This document shows positions 26,655 through 34,619 of a stretch of DNA of 64,000 nt, piece after piece; position 1 is the first letter of the stretch; each line of letters begins with the position of its first letter. A program made the translations under genes and the position numbers. Under the pieces are notes generated by a model. That model was not told where the DNA came from. It made no database searches and worked only from the letters and a program-made list of their open reading frames with translations. The DNA is taken from NCBI GenBank assembly GCA_045659745.1, contig JAZRCL010000089.1, positions 2,252 through 66,251 of the forward strand. The letters are read 5' to 3'. This DNA is from Eubacteriales bacterium. GTDB lineage: Bacteria; Bacillota; Clostridia; Oscillospirales; CAG-272.

Positions 26655-26681
26655 GACAAACGCAATTTTATTTGATATAAT
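26653..26681 (+). promoter_or_regulatory. Sigma-A consensus promoter for tRNA-Thr
   Basis: TTGACA (26653-26658), 17 nt, TATAAT (26676-26681). Confidence 0.7.
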
Positions 26682-26705
26682 ACACGAGTCGTCACAAAGC
26701 GGCAT

Positions 26706-26727
26706 GCTGGTATGGCTCAGTCGGTAG
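26706..26727 (+). pseudogene. Duplicated 5' fragment of tRNA-Thr (acceptor 5' strand plus D arm)
   Basis: The 22 nt gctggtatggctcagtcggtag are identical to 26784-26805. The two copies are separated by a 56-nt insert containing an accacc-ttcg-ggtggt hairpin. Confidence 0.7.
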
Positions 26728-26783
26728 TTTCACCACCTTCGGTGGTTTCGCGCTACCTCGTTGCGCCACACCACTCATACTTC

Positions 26784-26859
26784 GCTGGTATGGCTCAGTC
26801 GGTAGAGCACGTCATTGGTAATGACGAGGTCATCAGTTCGATTCTGATTACCAGCTCCA
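26784..26859 (+). tRNA. tRNA-Thr (anticodon GGU) with encoded CCA
   Basis: I folded the cloverleaf by hand. It has acceptor GCTGGTA/TACCAGC, D arm GCTC..GAGC, anticodon stem CGTCA/TGACG with loop TTGGTAA, T arm ATCAG-TTCGATT-CTGAT, and a discriminator T followed by CCA. Confidence 0.93.
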
Positions 26860-26860
26860 A

Positions 26861-26896
26861 AGCACCTATGCGAATGCGTAGGTGCTTTTGTGTTTA
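26861..26896 (+). terminator. Rho-independent terminator after tRNA-Thr
   Basis: An 11-bp stem agcacctatgc/gcgtaggtgct with loop gaat, followed by ttttgtgttt. Confidence 0.85.
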
Positions 26897-26898
26897 TA

Positions 26899-27114
26899 TA
26901 TGGCTCAGTCGGTAGAGCACGTCATTATACGTTCGCTTCGCTCACTAATCGAGTTTGCTTTGCAAACATCGGGTAAGGACGACATACGTTCGCTGCGCTC
27001 ACTGCCGCGAGTTTGCTACGCAAACGTCGTCATACGTTCCCTCGCTATGCTCGCTCACTGCCGCGAGTTTGCTACGCAAACATCGGTCACAGGTTCGATT
27101 CTGATTACCAGCTC
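26899..27114 (+). pseudogene. Disrupted second tRNA-Thr copy
   Basis: Homology to the intact tRNA runs from position 6 to U33 (tatggctcagtcggtagagcacgtcatt) and resumes at the variable/T arm (ggtcacaggttcgattctgattaccagctc). The 5' acceptor strand is missing and the T stem is mutated. The anticodon region is replaced by 162 nt of tandem repeats. Confidence 0.7.
26927..27088 (+). repeat. Three tandem 48-57-nt hairpin repeats inside the tRNA-Thr pseudogene
   Basis: The units span 26927-26983, 26984-27031 and 27032-27088. Each begins atacgttc and carries gcgagtttgc-N3-gcaaac. The same module (cgagtttgcaagcaaactcg) occurs in element copy A at 7262-7281. Confidence 0.8.
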
Positions 27115-27117
27115 AAA

Positions 27118-27153
27118 AGCACCTATGCAAATGCGTAGGTGCTTTTGTGTTTA
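27118..27153. terminator. Second copy of the tRNA terminator; also positioned to terminate the convergent ylbJ
   Basis: Stem agcacctatgc/gcgtaggtgct with loop aaat, with a T-run downstream on the plus strand and an A-run upstream. Confidence 0.8.
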
Positions 27154-28230
27154 TTTCCTTTTCTGCACCGCCATCGCCAGAAGCGGTAGAGCCGCACTTA
27201 TAAAAAACAAAATGCAGATATAGAGTCCGTAGCTTCCAAATGATATATCGCTCAACGTCGGGGCGGACGGGCTGATGGACACGGAAAAAAATTTAAGCAA
27301 AATAAAACATATAATCGCGCATAATACACCCTGCAAAAGCTTTTGGAGAACAAAGGCTTTTTTTCTTATGTGTCTGCCGCGGTCAAGCGATATTATCTGA
27401 AAAATGACCGATAGTCCCGAAAATCCCGCAAAAAACGCCGCAAGTATGGGCGAAATATTACCGCCAAGCCCTGCCGCGAAGGACATTCCGTTTGATATTT
27501 CAAGCAATCCTGAAAGTATCACGGGTATAATTTTCGGCGCGCCAATTATATCGCACAGGCGGGTAGCGTACCCGATAAGCACCGAGAAAAAGACCACGTA
27601 TCCGCACACCGTCAGCATAACTGCCGCAGACGAGGACACCGCGCCTGTGAATGCATTCACCGCGTCGGTGTTTTTTTGCGATACAAAGATGGCTTTGCGG
27701 TTGTATTTATATATAAACCTACCCGTTATTCCCAAAATGCACGAGGACAAAATAAGCGAGACAAAGAGAATTATTCCAAGACGCGAGCTTTGAAAAAGCA
27801 GTCCCACCGCGCCGCACACAAATGCGGGAGAGGGTATATTGCAAAAGCTCATTATGTGACTAAGCTCGGTGTGGTTTATTTTGTTTTCCTCGTATAGCTT
27901 GAGCGCGCTTTTAGCTCCTATAGGGAAACCGCATAAAAATCCCAGCAAAACCGCAAACGATCCCTCGCGCGACGTGCCGAAAACAAAGCTCAAGGGTCTT
28001 GAAAACAGGGCTTTCAGAATTTTTCCAGTGTCGCTTGAAATCAGAAAATCCGAAATTATCATAAAGGGAAAAAGCGAGGGGACAAGGCTTTGCACGCATA
28101 GTTTGAGCGAGCCCCTCATATACTCAAAGGAAACTGCGGGGGAGATTAGCAACAGCACGAGCAAAAAAAGCACCAATATAGGCAAGGGTGACACCCGTCT
28201 GCCTGTTTTTTTGAGAACTGTTTTTTGCAT
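27151..28230 (-). CDS. ylbJ: Sporulation integral membrane protein YlbJ-like (nucleoside-recognition domain)
   Basis: It is a polytopic protein with an N-terminal block LKLCVQSLVPSLFPFMIISDFLI, as in YlbJ. I chose the start at 28230 (MQKTV) because it follows the RBS aaggtg; the ORF-track start is 28245. Confidence 0.8.
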   Translation of the reverse strand: MQKTVLKKTGRRVSPLPILVLFLLVLLLISPAVSFEYMRGSLKLCVQSLVPSLFPFMIISDFLISSDTGKILKALFSRPLSFVFGTSREGSFAVLLGFLCGFPIGAKSALKLYEENKINHTELSHIMSFCNIPSPAFVCGAVGLLFQSSRLGIILFVSLILSSCILGITGRFIYKYNRKAIFVSQKNTDAVNAFTGAVSSSAAVMLTVCGYVVFFSVLIGYATRLCDIIGAPKIIPVILSGLLEISNGMSFAAGLGGNISPILAAFFAGFSGLSVIFQIISLDRGRHIRKKAFVLQKLLQGVLCAIICFILLKFFSVSISPSAPTLSDISFGSYGLYICILFFISAALPLLAMAVQKRK

Positions 28231-28285
28231 ACACCTTACCCCCACGGCTTTATCACCTTAATTTTATTTTTGGGAGGGTGAAAAT

Positions 28286-28582
28286 ATGAATACAGAGAGC
28301 AAAAAAGCGGGGAATAACATTTTTCGTGTGGTCGTATCAAAAACACAGCTTCCGTGCGATCTGCTCGAGGGCGAATTCAGACTTGAGATGCGCGGCAGAC
28401 GGGAGCTTTATATTTTCGGAGGTAAAAGAATACTAAAATATTCCGACAATGAAATGGTAATACGCGCCAAAGTATTTGACGTGTTTATAGGCGGGGAGAA
28501 GCTCACGTGCGCTTCATTTCACCAATCGGGAATAGTCATAAAGGGTATTATAAAAAGCATAGAATTGGAGAATTTTGAATGA
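28286..28582 (+). CDS. yqfC: YabP/YqfC family sporulation protein
   Basis: 98 aa. It has the LP.DLL.GE.R.EM.G..ELYI pattern and sits in the yqfC-yqfD-phoH-ybeY-era-recO synteny. Confidence 0.85.
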   Translation: MNTESKKAGNNIFRVVVSKTQLPCDLLEGEFRLEMRGRRELYIFGGKRILKYSDNEMVIRAKVFDVFIGGEKLTCASFHQSGIVIKGIIKSIELENFE

Positions 28583-29769
28583 ATATAACCTATTATTGTC
28601 TGGGATATGCCGAGGTCTTTGCCGAGGGGGAACGCGCGCTTGACCTGATAAATCTGTGTATGAGATACCATCTGCCGTATGGGGAGGCGCGACGCGCGAC
28701 GGGCGGAGTGGTCTTCCTTTTTCGGCTCGGGAGACTCAAGGCTTTGAAGGCTCTTTGCGAAAAGGAGAGAATAGAGATAACTGTAAAAAACACGGGCGGC
28801 TTGCCTGTCTGGTTGCACGCGCGCCGACACAGATACGGACTTATTATGGGGGTACTAGCCGCACTGTTTCTCGTGATATTTATGCAGAATTTTATCTGGC
28901 GCATAGACGTTATGGGAAACAAGAGCGTCACCACCGAGCACATACTTGATATGCTTGATGACTATGGGCTTTTCGAGGGCAGCTATATACCCGGCCTTAA
29001 TACCGACAAGATACAAAACAGGGTGCTGATAGACTCGGACAAAATATCCTGGATATCCGTCAATATAAACGGAAATATCGCATCAGTCGAGGTGCGTGAG
29101 ATAAGCGATGAGCAGCAGCACGTGGACAGCGACGCCCCCGCAAATCTTGTCGCATCAAAAGCGGGGCAGATAGTGCAGGTTCAGGTGCTTGCGGGCAACG
29201 TCATAGTCGCGGGCGGCGATTTTGTCGATGAGGGCGAGCTGCTGGTCAGCGGAATTTTCGATAGTAAGACCGAGGGCTATCGCGTCACGCGCGCCAAGGG
29301 CAAGGTTTACGCGCAGACGTCTGAGGAATTTTACATAAAAATTCCGTATGAATATGAGAAAAAAGTCTATACAGGCAACGAATATTGTGACGAATATATA
29401 AATTTTTTCAATTTTTCGATAAAAATTTCGAAAAACAGTGGAAAAACGTATGCACTTTATGATAAAATAAGTATAGTGGACAGTTATAGCTTTTTGGATG
29501 GAGGCAGACTTCCTATGTCCAAAACCACGCATAAATATCTTGAATATGAAACACAGACCGCAATCCGCACACAAGTCGAGGCAGAGGAGCTTGCATACTT
29601 TGAGTTATCTCAAAGGCTTGGAGAGCTTTCGGGTGACTCTATCCTTGTGCGCAAGGTGATAATGCCCGAAATACACGATGATTTTTTCGCGCTTCGGTGT
29701 GTGATAGTCTGTATTGAGGATATAGCAGAGACGGTGGAGTTTGACGTGGGTATAGCCGAAGAGGGTTGA
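28579..29769 (+). CDS. yqfD: Sporulation protein YqfD
   Basis: 396 aa with a single central TM helix followed by IWRIDVMGN, typical of YqfD. It overlaps yqfC by 4 nt. Confidence 0.85.
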   Translation: MNITYYCLGYAEVFAEGERALDLINLCMRYHLPYGEARRATGGVVFLFRLGRLKALKALCEKERIEITVKNTGGLPVWLHARRHRYGLIMGVLAALFLVIFMQNFIWRIDVMGNKSVTTEHILDMLDDYGLFEGSYIPGLNTDKIQNRVLIDSDKISWISVNINGNIASVEVREISDEQQHVDSDAPANLVASKAGQIVQVQVLAGNVIVAGGDFVDEGELLVSGIFDSKTEGYRVTRAKGKVYAQTSEEFYIKIPYEYEKKVYTGNEYCDEYINFFNFSIKISKNSGKTYALYDKISIVDSYSFLDGGRLPMSKTTHKYLEYETQTAIRTQVEAEELAYFELSQRLGELSGDSILVRKVIMPEIHDDFFALRCVIVCIEDIAETVEFDVGIAEEG

Positions 29770-30053
29770 ACTTATACGCCCTGCGGCGAGTCATTTTAGC
29801 GTCTTTTGCCAAAGCTCGCCTTGCAAGATTGTATATTGCATCGACTCGCTTTGACAAAATCCATCTAAAATTACAACGCCGAATGGTGCTTCGCAGTTTT
29901 GGACGAGAAAATGGTTAGGAGTAGCAAGGAAAAAGTACGAAGCAATATATGATATTGCAAGTGCTTTTGACGCCGCTAATACAACCGTTTTCCGTCCAAA
30001 ACCGTATGAGTTCGACCCTCCTCGGCTATACTTGCAGGAAAGTGAGGATAAGA

Positions 30054-31082
30054 ATGAGCAGTAAGGTAATAAAGGTAGAGGGACAGAATATCGTATCCGC
30101 GATATTCGGTAGCTTTGACGCAAATGCAAAGGTGATAGAGCGTAAGTTTGGCGTCACCCTCAACAACAGGTTGGCTGACGACGGAAACGACGCGATAATA
30201 GTGTCGGGCGACGATGACGGAAGAATAAAGCAGGCGTCGGACGCGGTGGCTTACCTTGTGAAAATGGCAAAATATAACGAGGATATAAACGAGCAGAGCG
30301 TTATATACATCTGTGATATGGTCACAGCAGGTCAGGCAGGCGAGCTTGAGTCTCTTGGAGACGACTGCATTTTCGTGACGATGAAGGGCAAGCCCATCAA
30401 GGCGAAGACTGTTGGACAAAAGCAGTACGTCCGCGCGATACAGAAAAATACTATCGTGATAGGCACGGGCCCTGCGGGAACGGGTAAGACCTTTCTTGCC
30501 GTTGCTATGGCGGTTAAGGCTTTGCGCGAAAAGCAGGTGTCGCGTATCATTCTGACGCGCCCCGCGATTGAGGCAGGTGAAAAGCTGGGATTTTTGCCCG
30601 GCGACCTTCAGAGCAAGATAGACCCTTATCTTCGCCCGCTTTATGACGCGCTCTACGAGATGATGGGCGCGGAGAATTATCAGAAGCAGGTAGAGAAGGG
30701 CGTAATTGAGATAGCTCCGCTTGCGTATATGCGAGGACGAACCCTTGACGACTCCTTTATAATTCTCGACGAGGCGCAGAACTGCACCCCCGAGCAGATG
30801 AAGATGTTCCTGACACGTCTGGGCTTCAACTCCAAAGCGGTTGTAACAGGCGACCTGACGCAGACAGACTTGCCATCGGGACAAAAGAGCGGACTTGCTA
30901 TGGCGGTAAAAATACTTGCGGGAATTGACGATATAGCAATTCATAATTTCTCTGAGCGTGACGTAGTAAGACATAAGCTTGTGCAAAAGATAATTCTTGC
31001 GTACGAGAAATTTGAGCGTGAGCAACATGAAAAATATGCCGCAAAAAAGCAGAACAACCAAAAAAACAATAAAAAGGACTAA
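30054..31082 (+). CDS. phoH: PhoH family ATPase
   Basis: It has Walker A GPAGTGKTFLAVA and Walker B FIILDEAQN. I chose the start at 30054 (MSSKVIKV) because it follows the RBS gtgagga; the ORF-track start is 29949. Confidence 0.93.
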   Translation: MSSKVIKVEGQNIVSAIFGSFDANAKVIERKFGVTLNNRLADDGNDAIIVSGDDDGRIKQASDAVAYLVKMAKYNEDINEQSVIYICDMVTAGQAGELESLGDDCIFVTMKGKPIKAKTVGQKQYVRAIQKNTIVIGTGPAGTGKTFLAVAMAVKALREKQVSRIILTRPAIEAGEKLGFLPGDLQSKIDPYLRPLYDALYEMMGAENYQKQVEKGVIEIAPLAYMRGRTLDDSFIILDEAQNCTPEQMKMFLTRLGFNSKAVVTGDLTQTDLPSGQKSGLAMAVKILAGIDDIAIHNFSERDVVRHKLVQKIILAYEKFEREQHEKYAAKKQNNQKNNKKD

Positions 31083-31097
31083 AGTGAGGACAGTATT

Positions 31098-31592
31098 ATG
31101 AGCAGAAAAATGAAGCTTAAGATATATTTTGAGAACGAACAGGACAAGATCTCCATAACCTACAAGCTCAAGATGCTTATAAGAGAGGCAGTTGAAGCAA
31201 CTCTTGATTTTGAGGATTACAGAAATATATGCGAGGTGTCCGTGACCTTTACGGACAATGAGGGCATCCGCGAACTCAACAACAAGTTCAGACAGATAGA
31301 CAGACCCACGGATGTGCTTTCGTTCCCGCTTTTTGACTTTGACGGTGAGAGCGATGAGCCGCCTGTTGACGACATAATGAATATGCTTGGAGATATAGTT
31401 ATATCTCTTGAAAAAGCGCAGGAGCAGGCAGAGGAATTTGGACATTCCTTTGAGCGAGAGGTCGCTTTCCTTTGCGTTCACTCTATGCTTCATCTTCTTG
31501 GCTACGACCACGAGACAAGCGAGGAGGACGACAAGAACATGCGCGCCCGCCAGAGCGAGATAATGAACATAATAGGACTTGGAGTAAAATGA
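31098..31592 (+). CDS. ybeY: rRNA maturation RNase YbeY
   Basis: 164 aa with the zinc motif HSMLHLLGYDH. Confidence 0.93.
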   Translation: MSRKMKLKIYFENEQDKISITYKLKMLIREAVEATLDFEDYRNICEVSVTFTDNEGIRELNNKFRQIDRPTDVLSFPLFDFDGESDEPPVDDIMNMLGDIVISLEKAQEQAEEFGHSFEREVAFLCVHSMLHLLGYDHETSEEDDKNMRARQSEIMNIIGLGVK

Positions 31593-31609
31593 TTTTGGAG
31601 GTGTAAACC

Positions 31610-32116
31610 TTGAAACCAAGTGAAAGACGCGCATCGAGAGAACAAAAGAGCAGCGCGCAAAAGCAAAAGCCAAGGCGTCGACAGAGCCTGTGGCAGACCT
31701 ATCCAAAGCTTATAACGTTTATAATCTGTATGCTCGTGTTTTTGATATTATTTAACGTCAGGACAATATCCGAGGCGATAGAGGAAAAAAGAAACCGGGT
31801 GGACGATAAAACGAATATATCTATGAAAACCGTATTTCTTTTATCCGATATGGGTGTTGAGGTTGATTGGATACATTTTCAAAAATACAACTATACCGAT
31901 ATAAGCTACAAGATAGACGGCAAAAAATACATAAAGCGCGAATACCCCGTGGGTGACACGGGATATATAATCTGGGTAGGCGGTGCGAGTATGGATGAGT
32001 CGCCCGACTACGTGTACCTTATTGATCTTGGGGGCACGGGAGAGGTTATAGACATTCGAAAAAAGGACGCCGAGGCGTTCGTGAATAAAACAATGCAACA
32101 AAGAGAGGAAGACTAA
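31610..32116 (+). CDS. Hypothetical single-pass membrane protein
   Basis: 168 aa. It has a TTG start after the RBS ggaggtg, a basic N-terminus and one TM helix. Its stop overlaps the era ATG (TAATG). Confidence 0.55.
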   Translation: MKPSERRASREQKSSAQKQKPRRRQSLWQTYPKLITFIICMLVFLILFNVRTISEAIEEKRNRVDDKTNISMKTVFLLSDMGVEVDWIHFQKYNYTDISYKIDGKKYIKREYPVGDTGYIIWVGGASMDESPDYVYLIDLGGTGEVIDIRKKDAEAFVNKTMQQREED

Positions 32117-33000
32117 TGAGCAAGACGGCTTTTATAGCAATAGTAGGCAGACCTAACGTGGGAAAATCCACGCTTATGAATAACATTTTGGGTGAGAAGG
32201 TGGCGATAGTTTCGTCAAAGCCCCAGACCACAAGAAACAGAATAATGGGTATCCACACGGTAGAGGACAAGCAGTACGTTTTCCTTGATACCCCCGGAAT
32301 ATTCAAACCCAGAAATTCGCTCGGTACATTTATGGTAAAGGCGGCAAACTCCACTATGCAGGATGCAGACGCGGTAGTGCTCGTCGCAGACACAGGAAAG
32401 CCCGTGAGCGACATTGAGAAAAAGGTCATTGACTACGTAAAGAGAACAGAGACTCCTTGTATTCTTGCGCTTAATAAAATAGATATGTACCGTCGCGAGC
32501 AGATAGCTGAGACTATCGCCGCGTACGCTTCGCTGCACAATTTTGAGGCGGTAGTTCCGATATGCGCTAAAAACGGTAAGGGGGTTGACGAGCTGCTCTC
32601 AGAATGTGAGCAATTCCTTGCGGAATCAGACTTTTTCTTCCCCGAGGATATGATAACGGACCAGTCCGAGCGTCAGGTCGCGGCGGAGGTAATTCGTGAA
32701 AAGCTGCTCCGTACACTCGACAAGGAGATACCTCACGGAATCGCCGTTGCGATTGAGGAGTTTAAGGTCGAGGGCAAGCTCTGCCGTATCCGCGCGGAGA
32801 TATTCTGCGAGAAGGCGTCCCATAAGGGAATAATCGTGGGCAAGAACGGCGAGGAGCTCAAGAGAGTCGGTTCTTATGCGCGCGCCGATCTTGAAGAAAT
32901 ATTCGATATGAAGGTCTATCTTAACCTTTGGGTAAAGGTTAAAGAGAATTGGAGAGATAGTCAGCGCGGCATTACCGATTTTGGATTTACAGAAGAATAA
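32116..33000 (+). CDS. era: GTPase Era
   Basis: It has G1 GRPNVGKST, G3 DTPG, G4 NKID and a C-terminal KH domain. Confidence 0.95.
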   Translation: MSKTAFIAIVGRPNVGKSTLMNNILGEKVAIVSSKPQTTRNRIMGIHTVEDKQYVFLDTPGIFKPRNSLGTFMVKAANSTMQDADAVVLVADTGKPVSDIEKKVIDYVKRTETPCILALNKIDMYRREQIAETIAAYASLHNFEAVVPICAKNGKGVDELLSECEQFLAESDFFFPEDMITDQSERQVAAEVIREKLLRTLDKEIPHGIAVAIEEFKVEGKLCRIRAEIFCEKASHKGIIVGKNGEELKRVGSYARADLEEIFDMKVYLNLWVKVKENWRDSQRGITDFGFTEE

Positions 33001-33024
33001 ATATAAGATTTAACGAGGGGAGGG

Positions 33025-33825
33025 GTGAATATGCTTTTTGCGACCGACGGAGTCGTCACGCGCGTTAGTGACGCTACGGGAAGCGACAAATTTTTGAATA
33101 TAATCACCCCTAACCGCGGTCGAATTGGGGTGCTTGTAAAGGGATCTCGCTCGCCCGAAAGCAAGACCGCGTCGCTCTCGCAGTTGTTTACATACGGGAA
33201 CTTTGAAATATACGAAAAGAACGGAATGTATTGGCTGCGCGGAGGAATGGTGCTTGACCCGTTTTACAGTCTTTCGGAGGATATTGCGCGTATTGCGGCG
33301 GCGACTTATATGTGCGAGGTTGCAAACGAGCTTACCGATGAGTCCGACGAGTGTGAGGACATACTCCGACTGCTGCTCAATTCAATGTATTTGCTTGGCA
33401 AGGGTAAGAAAAAAATCTCGCTTGTCAAGGCAACCTTTGAGCTTCGCGCTATGGCGCTTTCCGGATATATGCCCGACGTGTCCTGTTGCAAATACTGCAA
33501 ATCGGTTATTGCCGATAATATGTATCTTGACGTGCTCGGCGGACGTATAATGTGCGCGGATTGCTTTAAGGAGCGTGGGGATAAGGTGAAAAACATCTCC
33601 CGCGATTTTGAGGATGTAAGGGAAGCGAGTGTTATTTGTCCTATGACATCGTCGGTAGTTGTTGCACTTAAATACGTGCTGAGCGCTCCGCCCGAAAAGG
33701 CATTTTCGTTTGACATCAAGGACGACGGGGAGCTTGAAATGCTTGCAAAGCTTGCCGAAACCTACGTCACCTCGCACCTTGGCAGAAGCTTTGATTCACT
33801 TGATTTTTACCATGCGGTGAAATGA
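33025..33825 (+). CDS. recO: DNA repair protein RecO
   Basis: 266 aa. It has an OB-fold N-terminus and the zinc motif CCKYC...CADC, and sits in the era-recO synteny. The start could instead be the ATG at 33031. Confidence 0.9.
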   Translation: MNMLFATDGVVTRVSDATGSDKFLNIITPNRGRIGVLVKGSRSPESKTASLSQLFTYGNFEIYEKNGMYWLRGGMVLDPFYSLSEDIARIAAATYMCEVANELTDESDECEDILRLLLNSMYLLGKGKKKISLVKATFELRAMALSGYMPDVSCCKYCKSVIADNMYLDVLGGRIMCADCFKERGDKVKNISRDFEDVREASVICPMTSSVVVALKYVLSAPPEKAFSFDIKDDGELEMLAKLAETYVTSHLGRSFDSLDFYHAVK

Positions 33826-33864
33826 AAAGGCTCATTTTTATTGAAAATAAACAACCGAAAAACT

Positions 33865-33939
33865 GTAGGGCGGGGGCTTGCTCCCGCCGAAAAGAGAATT
33901 TCGTTTTGATGAAACGGCGGGAGTAAACCCCCGCCCTAC
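33865..33939. repeat. REPIN-like inverted doublet of a GTAG-headed 25-nt palindromic unit
   Basis: gtagggcgggggcttgctcccgccg (33865-33889) faces its inverted copy cggcgggagtaaacccccgccctac (33915-33939), which matches 23/25. Each unit is itself GTAG plus an 8-bp hairpin. Together they form a hairpin of about 21 bp. Confidence 0.75.
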
Positions 33940-34047
33940 ATCTCCATTATGTATTTGCAACAAAAGGGCGAACCCGACGGAAAAACGGAATGATAAATAA
34001 GAATTTGACGAAAAGTAAAATCAATCGACGGCGAAAGGAGTTATCTT

Positions 34048-34545
34048 ATGGAACAATATATTTATGAAAATATAACAGGGATTTCGTGTCCAGTTGGTGA
34101 GTTTAGCGTATGTTTTGGGAAGAGTAAAATTCCTTTCAGTATTCGGAAAAACAGCTACGATATTCCGTATTATGATATTACCACAGAGACCAACTATGCT
34201 TTGGATATAGACATCAATCTTTTGGAAATAAACAAACAATACAATGTTGTATTTTCCGAGGGCGGTTTGCGTTTTCAATGCTCGGATGAACACACAAAAT
34301 CGCTTACTAACACTATTGGCAAGTGGTCTGTAGGTATTGGTTCGTTTGATATGAACGATGACTGTTTCCATCAAGACGAGCAATACAAAGGATATGACGT
34401 GTGGCAATCTGAAGACAATTTTGGTTTTTCCTTTGTTCTTTTAGATAGAACGATAGAAAAGATTACTTTTCTCATTGCGTGGATTGAAAATGTACCAAAT
34501 ATAAACATCGATTACGAAGATGCTTTAGGTTTTTGGCTTACATAA
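34048..34545 (+). CDS. Hypothetical cytoplasmic protein (orphan, AT-rich)
   Basis: 165 aa. It has RBS aaaggag and its own terminator, with no TM segment and no signal peptide. I recognise no motif. Confidence 0.55.
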   Translation: MEQYIYENITGISCPVGEFSVCFGKSKIPFSIRKNSYDIPYYDITTETNYALDIDINLLEINKQYNVVFSEGGLRFQCSDEHTKSLTNTIGKWSVGIGSFDMNDDCFHQDEQYKGYDVWQSEDNFGFSFVLLDRTIEKITFLIAWIENVPNINIDYEDALGFWLT

Positions 34546-34574
34546 ACAAATTCCAATTTGTCAAACAGAGTGAA

Positions 34575-34618
34575 AACCCCGACAGACTAAAAAATCTGTC
34601 GGGGTTAATTATTTGTTT
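34575..34618 (+). terminator. Rho-independent terminator of the orphan ORF
   Basis: Stem aaccccgacaga/tctgtcggggtt followed by a T-rich tract. Confidence 0.7.
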
Positions 34619-34619
34619 G

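Noticed and set aside
26927-27088. The three tandem repeats as a possible mini-CRISPR array.
   Set aside because: The units abut directly with no unique spacers, their lengths vary (48-57 nt), and there are no cas genes in the window.
26921-27095. The 162-nt insert after U33 of the second tRNA-Thr copy as a possible group I intron.
   Set aside because: The insertion point in the anticodon loop is suggestive. However, the anticodon and 3' anticodon stem are deleted, the 5' acceptor strand is missing and the T stem is mutated. The insert is three tandem repeats rather than a P1-P9 fold.
26712-27223. ORFs of 67 and 113 aa across the tRNA-Thr locus.
   Set aside because: They read through a tRNA, its terminator and tandem non-coding repeats. 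They are artefacts.
29976-31706. A 576-aa ORF on the minus strand spanning phoH, ybeY and the next gene.
   Set aside because: It is antisense to three genes that carry unmistakable motifs (the PhoH Walker A/B and the YbeY HSMLHLLGYDH). It has no RBS, and its composition (rich in L, R, H, Y, V) is typical of a stop-free antisense frame.
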